Under the pieces are notes generated by a model that was not told where the DNA came from, did no database searches, and saw only the letters and a list, made by a program, of their open reading frames with translations. Source: a virus. Taken from it: DNA of 64,000 bases. The DNA is taken from positions 1-64,000 of IMG/VR virus record IMGVR_UViG_3300037149_000105, one strand, 5' to 3'. Below are positions 51,986-61,455 of this stretch, piece after piece (positions within the stretch are counted from its first letter, which is position 1; each line of letters opens with the position of its first letter). The position numbers and the translations under genes are program-made.

Positions 51986-53098
51986 ATGACCGCAGCACTC
52001 GCAAGCCCCAAGACCGGTGCTTTCATCATTGCCGGTGATTCCCTGGTCGTCGTGATCGGTGGGGTCAACTACACTATCAGCAAGACCAGTTGCCTTTACC
52101 AGCAAGTTAAGAACTGCGTGGTCCGTGGCAACTGGGAACTGGCGGCTTCCTACCTCGAACAGGCCGTCAATCTCAAGGGCGAGATTTGGTGGAACACTGA
52201 GGAGTTCATGGTCTACTACGGCCTGGAGCCCTTGCATCACAGTCTCGCTGACCGGCTCCCCCGGATGTTCGCTGAGGGGTTTGATACGACCCCCATGCTT
52301 AACTTCCTGAAGAATCTCTTTGCCAACCCGGCTGTTCATGCGATCAACGAACTCTATGAGTTCCTGGAGAAGAATGGGCTGCCCATCACCGAAGATGGCT
52401 GTTTCCTGGCCTACAAGAAGGTGCGGGAGGACTATCTGGACTGCTACAGCCAGAGCATCAGCAACAAGGTCGGTGAGAAGCCCAGCATGGATAGGGACAC
52501 CTGTGATCCTATCCGGACCAATCACTGCTCCACCGGCTACCATTTCTGCGGCCTGTCCTATCTGACTTGCTTCAATGGGGAGCGGGTGATGGTCGTGAAG
52601 ATCAACCCCAAGGATGTGACCTCCATCCCCAACGACTACAACTTCGCCAAGGGTCGCTGCTGCACCTACGAGGTGATTGACGAGTACGGCGGGACCGATG
52701 TCCAGCGGTACGAAGCTTTCTCCACCTCCGTGGCTCCGGGTGAGTTTGAGGAAGAGGAGTTCCAGGAAGGCGAGGATGAATTCTACTGCTCCGAATGTGG
52801 GGCTGAACACTCCGAGTGCTGCACCTGTGAACAGGATCAGGATGAAGCCGCTGGCCAGGAAGAGGTGGAGGAGCCCAACCTGTTCTCCGCTCCCAAAGAG
52901 ACGGACCTCTCTCCCATTCATAACCCCATCACCAAGGCTCGTGTGCTTCGGGGTCTGACCCAGGAACAGGTCGCTTCGGCCCTGGACATGCCCCTCCGGA
53001 TTTATGCGGAACGGGTTGAGGTTGAGGGTCGCCCTTTCAAGCCCTCTACTGTGGGTCGCATCCTCCAGGTCATCGAAACCCTGGCCGGGGAAGAGTAA
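51986..53098 (+). CDS. rIIB: rIIB-like protein with C-terminal Cys cluster and XRE-type HTH
   Basis: PITEDGCFLAYKKV, CSTGYHFC, VKINPKDVTSIPNDY...RCCTYEV; then ARVLRGLTQEQVASAL. Confidence 0.9.
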   Translation: MTAALASPKTGAFIIAGDSLVVVIGGVNYTISKTSCLYQQVKNCVVRGNWELAASYLEQAVNLKGEIWWNTEEFMVYYGLEPLHHSLADRLPRMFAEGFDTTPMLNFLKNLFANPAVHAINELYEFLEKNGLPITEDGCFLAYKKVREDYLDCYSQSISNKVGEKPSMDRDTCDPIRTNHCSTGYHFCGLSYLTCFNGERVMVVKINPKDVTSIPNDYNFAKGRCCTYEVIDEYGGTDVQRYEAFSTSVAPGEFEEEEFQEGEDEFYCSECGAEHSECCTCEQDQDEAAGQEEVEEPNLFSAPKETDLSPIHNPITKARVLRGLTQEQVASALDMPLRIYAERVEVEGRPFKPSTVGRILQVIETLAGEE

Positions 53099-53125
53099 GC
53101 GTCCCTCCTCCTAAGAAAGAGATGC

Positions 53126-53162
53126 GGGGGCCGGTAAATATCTGGTCCCCATTTTTCTTTTT
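53126..53162 (+). terminator. Intrinsic terminator after rIIB
   Basis: GGGGGCCGG/CTGGTCCCC stem followed by ATTTTTCTTTTT. Confidence 0.8.
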
Positions 53163-53243
53163 GTCTCCCCCATGGGTGAGTGGATTGAAACTGTTATGGT
53201 TAGACAAGTCTCAGAAGCATCACCCTTCTGAGTGGATTGAAAC
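53163..53243 (+). CRISPR. Mini-array of two type I-C-like repeats around a 16-nt spacer
   Basis: GTCTCCCCCATGGGTGAGTGGATTGAAAC (53163-53191), TGTTATGGTTAGACAA, GTCTCAGAAGCATCACCCTTCTGAGTGGATTGAAAC (53208-53243). Confidence 0.75.
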
Positions 53244-53259
53244 TAAGAAAGAGGCTGCT

Positions 53260-53451
53260 TTGCTCATACCACTTCCTCACCACAGTTTAAATCGTGAAAC
53301 TTCCGAACGTCTCCTTAAGCTCAGGGCATTGCTGCTCAAGATCCTTCAGGAGGCCCCCGATTCAGTTAGAGAAGAGGTATCCGAAAAGGCCCTCGCCATT
53401 TATTCCGCAATTCAGCAAGAAATTTTCAAGGAGCAATCAAATGGAACGTAA
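53260..53451 (+). CDS. Small helical protein (63 aa) directly after repeat 2
   Basis: GAGG RBS then TTG at 53260, in frame with track ORF 53122-53451; overlaps the ligase start. Confidence 0.55.
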   Translation: MLIPLPHHSLNRETSERLLKLRALLLKILQEAPDSVREEVSEKALAIYSAIQQEIFKEQSNGT

Positions 53452-54517
53452 ACTGGCTAGTATCCAACGCATCCTCGCTCTGGACCCCATCGAAGGGGCC
53501 GATAGGATTGAGGTGGCCACCATTCAGGGATGGAAGGTGGTAGTGCAGAAAGGACTCCACAAAGTAAGCGATCTCGTGGCATATTTCGAGATAGATTCAT
53601 GGGTGCCGACTGAAGTTGCCCCTTTTCTCACCAAGGTTGGACAGGAACCTCGTGAATACGAAGGGGTTCGGGGTGAACGACTCCGCACGGTAAAACTGAA
53701 GGGGCAGGTATCTCAAGGGATTATTCTTCCCCTCAGCGATTTTGCAAATCTTCCTCTCCCTCCCTACGATTTTCTCATGGGAAAATGGAATCAGGAGGGA
53801 CTGGACATCACCGAGCAACTGGGCGTCATCAAATATGAACCCCCAATCCCTGCTTGCCTCGCCGGTCAGGTCAAAGGTATGTTCCCCAGCTTCATCCGCA
53901 AGACCGATCAGGAACGAATCCAGACCCTTCCCGAGTTCTTCGAGGAATATAAGGATATGGGCTTCGAAGTCACGATCAAACTTGATGGTTCGAGCATGAC
54001 CGTCTACCACCGGAATGGAGATACCGGAGTTTGCAGCCATAATCTAGATCTCAAAGAGGACCAGAACAACTCCTTCTGGAAGATTGTCAACCGTCTGAAC
54101 CTTGTTGAACTCCTGAATCACCTGGGACTCAACGTAGCTATCCAAGGGGAATTGATTGGAGAGGGAATCCAAGGAAATCATGAGAAACTCAAGGGTCAGG
54201 AACTCTTTGTCTTCGATATTTGGGACATTGATGCCCACCGCTACATGACCCGCCAGGAGCGTCAGGATGTCCTCCAGGCTCTCGAAGCTCTCCTCCCCAA
54301 GGGGGAGCACATCTATTCCGTCCCTGTCGTCCACGAGGACATGAAGGTCTTCCAGACCTACCCAACAATGGAAACCATCCTCGTCTTTGCTGGAGCAGGC
54401 CCAAGTCTCAACGCTCAGATTAGAGAGGGGCTGGTTTTTAAATCCACCTCTCTGGTTAACGGCGAAACGGTAAGTTTTAAAGTTATAAATAATAAATATC
54501 TCCTGAAAGAAAAATAA
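53441..54517 (+). CDS. ATP-dependent RNA ligase, DRB0094/Rnl5-like family
   Basis: MERKLASIQ...IEGADRIE, YFEIDS, FPSFIRKTDQERIQ, KLDGSSMT (motif I), QGELIG, REGLVFK, SFKVIN; start ATG 53441 after AGGAG. Confidence 0.92.
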   Translation: MERKLASIQRILALDPIEGADRIEVATIQGWKVVVQKGLHKVSDLVAYFEIDSWVPTEVAPFLTKVGQEPREYEGVRGERLRTVKLKGQVSQGIILPLSDFANLPLPPYDFLMGKWNQEGLDITEQLGVIKYEPPIPACLAGQVKGMFPSFIRKTDQERIQTLPEFFEEYKDMGFEVTIKLDGSSMTVYHRNGDTGVCSHNLDLKEDQNNSFWKIVNRLNLVELLNHLGLNVAIQGELIGEGIQGNHEKLKGQELFVFDIWDIDAHRYMTRQERQDVLQALEALLPKGEHIYSVPVVHEDMKVFQTYPTMETILVFAGAGPSLNAQIREGLVFKSTSLVNGETVSFKVINNKYLLKEK

Positions 54518-54538
54518 ATATCAAACACTCCTACAAAG

Positions 54539-54567
54539 GTCTCTCCCACGGGAGAGTGGATTGAAAC
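54539..54567 (+). CRISPR. Solitary type I-C-like repeat
   Basis: GTCTCTCCCACGGGAGAGTGGATTGAAAC; stem CTCTCC/GGAGAG and the same 11-nt handle. Confidence 0.75.
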
Positions 54568-54584
54568 AAACCAAAGGTGCAGCC

Positions 54585-55142
54585 ATGACGAGTGGTAGTA
54601 AAAAATTTCACAAGAAGGCACTGGGGGATCAGGTGATCGCCGTCGATATGCACTTTATGCCAATGATGGCAGTTAGTCGTCGTCATGCTCTCAAGGCTCT
54701 GGCCACTGAGAGGGCTGAAGCTCTAGATCTGGAGACCTGGACTCGCAAGGCTCTCTATGAGATCACCGACATCCACGATTTTGCCTGTATTCTCTATCCA
54801 GGTGTGCAAGCGATCAAGGATACGAAGCTGAAACTCGGAAAGGGTTACAGGGGCATCCTTGAACGGGATGAGCACATCTGCCAGTACTGTGGTAAGAAGG
54901 CCAATACTGTTGACCATGTGATGCCCAAGTCAAGAGGTGGGGGCTCTGCTCCTAACAACCTTGTAGCTGCCTGCCTCGCTTGCAATCAAAAGAAGGCTGA
55001 TCGAACTCCAACAGAGGCCGGAATGCCTTTAATTCACGCGATTCATGCAACCCGGTGGAAACTGATGGAGCAGTTCCATGAACTGACCGTTAGCTGGTCA
55101 TATCGCAGAAAGAAGATGGACGAAGATGTCAAGATTGCCTAA
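54585..55142 (+). CDS. McrA-like HNH endonuclease with N-terminal V...D..F.PM..VS..RA-type domain
   Basis: RDEHICQYCG...TVDHVMPKSRGG....NLVAAC..CNQKK..RTP.EAGM; likely ATG 54585. Confidence 0.88.
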   Translation: MTSGSKKFHKKALGDQVIAVDMHFMPMMAVSRRHALKALATERAEALDLETWTRKALYEITDIHDFACILYPGVQAIKDTKLKLGKGYRGILERDEHICQYCGKKANTVDHVMPKSRGGGSAPNNLVAACLACNQKKADRTPTEAGMPLIHAIHATRWKLMEQFHELTVSWSYRRKKMDEDVKIA

Positions 55143-55635
55143 CTTTACTGCCTCCCTGCTTCATCATATAGCCTATGGGCTAGATATTGGCGGGGAGGTT
55201 CATGATTTTGAACCACAAAATGCCAAAGATCTCCGCTATCGGAACAGCCCCGATGGCGGATTTAACGGTGGGAGCCCCAATCCACAGCAGTATACGCAGG
55301 GGCCAGAGGCCCAAACCCTCCCCCCTGATGCTCCGTTGTATCATGGCACTACCTTGAATGATTGGAATGAGGGTGGGGCCACCAAACTTAGAGTTTCCAC
55401 CAATATTGAAGAGGCAAAAGCTGATGCAAAAACCGCTGCTGAAGGTGAAAATGCCCCAATTGTGGTTATGATCAAGTTTGGAGACCTGGGTGAGTATGAA
55501 TTGGAGCCTGATTCAACCCATTCGGAGGTTCATGAAGGGGTCTCCTGGCAGGAGTGCCTGAAGGATACAGGGGTATTTTGTATCGTCGGAGACATTGACT
55601 CCTTGAAACCCAATTTTAAACTGGTCAACGGTTGA
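55126..55635 (+). CDS. Hypothetical protein with possible ADP-ribosyltransferase-like fold
   Basis: LYHGT...VSTNIEEA...A...PIVVMI; the stop codon is supplied by the tnpB right end. Confidence 0.5.
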   Translation: MSRLPNFTASLLHHIAYGLDIGGEVHDFEPQNAKDLRYRNSPDGGFNGGSPNPQQYTQGPEAQTLPPDAPLYHGTTLNDWNEGGATKLRVSTNIEEAKADAKTAAEGENAPIVVMIKFGDLGEYELEPDSTHSEVHEGVSWQECLKDTGVFCIVGDIDSLKPNFKLVNG

Positions 55636-56755
55636 CATCCTCCCCTCCCTAAACGGAGGGGATTCCTAGCCGTAGAGTCTGATGTCCCAGACCGAGACGG
55701 AGTATATTTTGAGCAGCGTTTACATCTCTATTATGAGACGCTCCGCATTCAGAGCATACCCAATCTCTTACCGACAGCCCACTTAGTCCTTTCGGGCCGG
55801 TGAGGGCGGCACAGCCGCCACACCGCTGGGTTGTCCAAGCTTCATTAACGATTCGGACTACCTTGCCAAGCTTAATAGCTTTATAAGACAAGAAGTTCAG
55901 AACCATACTGATACCCGCATCCAAGGTAGATTTGCAAGCTTTCAAATGTAAATCCCCAACTATGATTAAATCATAGGAATTAATCAGATTTGTGGTCAAT
56001 TTGTGCAAATAATCTTTGCGTTGATTTTTGATTCGGGCGTGAATAGATTTTGTTTGATTCTTATGTTTAGCTCTCTGAGCGGTTGCAAGCCTAGCTTGCG
56101 ATTTGTAATAAAACTTTTCATTAGAATAACTGATCGAATCAGAGCTAGTCGCTATGGATTTCAAACCTAAATCAACTCCTACTTGAGTTTTAAACTCTAC
56201 CAGTTGGGAGACTTTCCCAATCTCAACTTGCAAGTTTATGAACCAATTCCCCTTGGAATCCTGATTAAAACTACCAGTCCTGATATCAGCTTCGCTGAGA
56301 TTAATGGCGTTATAATGAGAATCGAAGAATTTAAACTTATGTTTACAATAGATGAACAAGTTATTTTTAAATCTCAAGGCGGAAGCTTTGAATGGTATCC
56401 ACCCGAGAACGCATTTATAGCTCCGCCAGCGAAGCTTTTGTTTCTTGAATTGTTTGCGCCTAGTAATATATTCTTTACATATGGATTGGACGGTTGTAGA
56501 GTTCAAACCCAATTCGCCCGCACAGCCAGCCGTCTGGTTGTCAAGTTCATACTCGCTGGCCCATTTCGAATACTTCTTGAGTTGGTTATAACTCTGTTCA
56601 TTACAATAGTTCCATACCAGATTGACCGCAGAACTCATCCGAATCAAGATTTTTCTTGAAACGGAGTCCTTGAGTCTGTAATGGAGAGTAATAATCATGT
56701 GTGTATCTATTTAATACTCAGAAAGTTTGATTTTGCTCATGGCACAAAGTATCCG
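55632..56755 (-). mobile_element. Non-autonomous IS200/IS605-family element (tnpB only)
   Basis: Right end GAATCCCCTCCGTTTAGGGAGGGGAGGATGTCAA is clear; left limit inferred from TTAC at 56756-56759(-) and is less certain; no tnpA. Confidence 0.65.
55649..56698 (-). CDS. tnpB: RNA-guided endonuclease TnpB
   Basis: VNLVWNYC, VGVDLGLK, RKDYLHKLTT, CGGC/CSEC zinc finger, HNRDVNAAQNIL. Confidence 0.95.
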   Translation of the reverse strand: MIITLHYRLKDSVSRKILIRMSSAVNLVWNYCNEQSYNQLKKYSKWASEYELDNQTAGCAGELGLNSTTVQSICKEYITRRKQFKKQKLRWRSYKCVLGWIPFKASALRFKNNLFIYCKHKFKFFDSHYNAINLSEADIRTGSFNQDSKGNWFINLQVEIGKVSQLVEFKTQVGVDLGLKSIATSSDSISYSNEKFYYKSQARLATAQRAKHKNQTKSIHARIKNQRKDYLHKLTTNLINSYDLIIVGDLHLKACKSTLDAGISMVLNFLSYKAIKLGKVVRIVNEAWTTQRCGGCAALTGPKGLSGLSVRDWVCSECGASHNRDVNAAQNILRLGLGHQTLRLGIPSV

Positions 56756-56793
56756 GTAATACATCTTCTGAATCCCTTATGTGAGGGTTTCAG

Positions 56794-59172
<2,379 letters not shown>

Positions 59173-59199
59173 GTCCGAGTAATAGATAGGGGAGGCCGT

Positions 59200-59838
59200 A
59201 TGGTCCGATCTATCATCAGCTACAACAAAGATTTTTATGATGTTCTTGCAGAGCTAAAACGAAAGGGAGAAGAGTTTACTCCTTTGACTCTGCAAGAACT
59301 TCAGTATGACCAGCTTATTCTTGCTGCATCTGGGAATGCAGGGGCATGCCGCTGCTCATTATCTGAGGTTATAAATGAAAAGAGGGAACGACGAGCCCTC
59401 TTGCTTGCCCTACCAAAAGAAAAGTTTGAAACGTTCAAGTTAGATGATGTGCTGGCTGGAGATTTACAGGAAGACCGGCTCGTGATTGACAACAAATTGC
59501 CCTCGTGGAACGATTTATCCCCCATAGGTAAGTTGTATTTCAAACTGGCCTGTTTGGAAAACCACCCCCATGATGCCATGAGCCGACTAACCGAAGTGGT
59601 GGGCCTTTTGCACGAGGTGGAGGGTTCTATCCCTCAGCAAATCGCGTTCAGCTTGAGGTTGGAGTTTCAATCAGCCCTCCTTTCCAAACCCTCCGAGGAT
59701 TGGGTTGGGGATGCCTGCACGAAAGCCAGTAACATGTTGTATGGGTACGTGACCGGCCCAGAGGTAGACATAATCGACAGGCTAGAGCTTTTGGATTATG
59801 TTTGCACTGCTGGCTGCTTCTACCCATTGAGTGAATAG
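59200..59838 (+). CDS. Hypothetical protein
   Basis: 212-aa ORF with GGAGG RBS. Confidence 0.7.
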   Translation: MVRSIISYNKDFYDVLAELKRKGEEFTPLTLQELQYDQLILAASGNAGACRCSLSEVINEKRERRALLLALPKEKFETFKLDDVLAGDLQEDRLVIDNKLPSWNDLSPIGKLYFKLACLENHPHDAMSRLTEVVGLLHEVEGSIPQQIAFSLRLEFQSALLSKPSEDWVGDACTKASNMLYGYVTGPEVDIIDRLELLDYVCTAGCFYPLSE

Positions 59839-59845
59839 GAGAGGT

Positions 59846-61423
59846 ATGGAGTTTGAGGAACTAGAGGGGTTCTTCCCCTTTGATGAGATGCGTCCGAGCC
59901 AGAGGCAAGCGTTACAAAAGTTTGTTGATACGACAAACAAGGGGCGGAAGTTTACCATCCTTGAGCTTCCCACAGGGATTGGAAAATCGGGCGTGGCGGT
60001 TGACTTGGGCCGTTGGGCTCAGAATGGTGGAGCCTACCTACTTACAATTCAGAAAATATTGCAAAAACAGTACCTGTCTGAGTTCTCTGACCTTGTGGAG
60101 ATCAAAGGTGGCAGCAATTACCGCTGTGGGAATTACCCGGTCAGTTGCGATGAAGGTGCAAAGATTGCTAAGGCTCTGGGTGAAGGCCCATGCAAATGCG
60201 TCTGCCCATATAAGGAAGCGAAAGAAATCTTTCTCAACACTCCCTTTGGCCTCACCAATTTTTCCTATTTCCTCACTGTTATGACCTATCAGAAGGGCCT
60301 GTTCCCAAATCGAAAGCTACTCATTATTGACGAGGCACATAACACCGAGTCCGCCCTGATCAATCACTCCAATATTGAAGTGACGTTCAACCGACTTAAG
60401 GAGCTTGGGATTGATTTCCCGAAGCCTCCGCTAGGTCCAAAAGAGCTTGGAAGGGCCAAAAAATGGTTAGCTGATGCGGTGTTCCCAGCTTGTTCGGTGG
60501 CCAGGACTGGAATCAACGAAGCATTGATTAAGGCCCGAGCTCAGGTGAATAATGAGAGGGAAGTGATGGATATTCTCAAACAAGAAGGGTCTTTGGACCA
60601 ATTTGAAAGAAAACTGGAAATGTTTGCTCAGTCCCCTTCGAATATGTGGTTCATCGGACAAACTGAGAAATTGGAAATTAAGCCGCTTCAGGGAGACCTG
60701 TTCTCTGAAGACCTTTTATTCAGCAAAGCCGATCATGTCATCTTCCTATCCGCAACCATCTTGGACCCCCGAACTTTTGTTCGCAATCTGGGAATACAGC
60801 CTAGACAGTGCGGCTATCTGGGTCTCCCATCTGAGTTTCCAAAAGAGAACCGCCGCATCATTTTCACCCCGGCTGGCTCCATGTCATACAAAAATTATGA
60901 TACGACTCTCCCTAAATTGCTCAAAAAGATTGATCGCATCCTGACAAAACATGTTGCAGACAAGGGAATCATTCATTGTCAATCATTTAAAACAATGAAG
61001 CATATTATGGACTACTTTAGAAGCTCCCCTCATGCGTGGAGGCTCTTGAGTCACGACTCTAGTTCTCATTCCAAGAATGGGGCCATCGCTGCTCATATGA
61101 CTCGTGATGAGCCAACTGTTCTGCTTAGCCCTTCAATGACTGAAGGCTTGGACCTCCGTGATGACTTGAGTCGATTTCAAATCGTAGCAAAGGTTCCGTA
61201 TGCCAGTCTGGCTGACCCATATGTAAAAACGAGAATGGAACTGGACCCCGATTGGTATCAACTTCAGACCGCTCTGACTTTGGTTCAGGCTCTCGGACGT
61301 TCGGTTCGTTCGAAGGACGATCATGCTATTTCCTACATAATTGATGGGGATTTTGCTCGTTTTATGTCTCAAGCGCAGTCAATACTTCCCGACTGGTGGC
61401 TTGACTCAATCGAGATCAAGTAG
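59846..61423 (+). CDS. DinG/XPD-family SF2 helicase
   Basis: MRPSQ Q-motif, ELPTGIGKS, Cys cluster, IIDEAHN, LSATI, EGLD, KVPY, QALGRSVRS. Confidence 0.9.
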   Translation: MEFEELEGFFPFDEMRPSQRQALQKFVDTTNKGRKFTILELPTGIGKSGVAVDLGRWAQNGGAYLLTIQKILQKQYLSEFSDLVEIKGGSNYRCGNYPVSCDEGAKIAKALGEGPCKCVCPYKEAKEIFLNTPFGLTNFSYFLTVMTYQKGLFPNRKLLIIDEAHNTESALINHSNIEVTFNRLKELGIDFPKPPLGPKELGRAKKWLADAVFPACSVARTGINEALIKARAQVNNEREVMDILKQEGSLDQFERKLEMFAQSPSNMWFIGQTEKLEIKPLQGDLFSEDLLFSKADHVIFLSATILDPRTFVRNLGIQPRQCGYLGLPSEFPKENRRIIFTPAGSMSYKNYDTTLPKLLKKIDRILTKHVADKGIIHCQSFKTMKHIMDYFRSSPHAWRLLSHDSSSHSKNGAIAAHMTRDEPTVLLSPSMTEGLDLRDDLSRFQIVAKVPYASLADPYVKTRMELDPDWYQLQTALTLVQALGRSVRSKDDHAISYIIDGDFARFMSQAQSILPDWWLDSIEIK

Positions 61424-61455
61424 AGTATTAGAGAGATGGAGGCACTAGGTAATAT

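Noticed and set aside
50413-52921. Long minus-strand ORFs (309, 200 and 328 aa) opposite rIIA/rIIB
   Set aside because: Antisense shadows caused by strong codon bias; no motifs
53122-53440. Track starts at 53122, 53294 and 54561
   Set aside because: They run through the terminator, the repeats or another ORF; starts at 53260, 53441 and 54585 have better RBS support
53163-54567. A conventional functional CRISPR-Cas locus
   Set aside because: Repeats are non-identical, the one spacer is only 16 nt, and there is no leader or cas gene in the window
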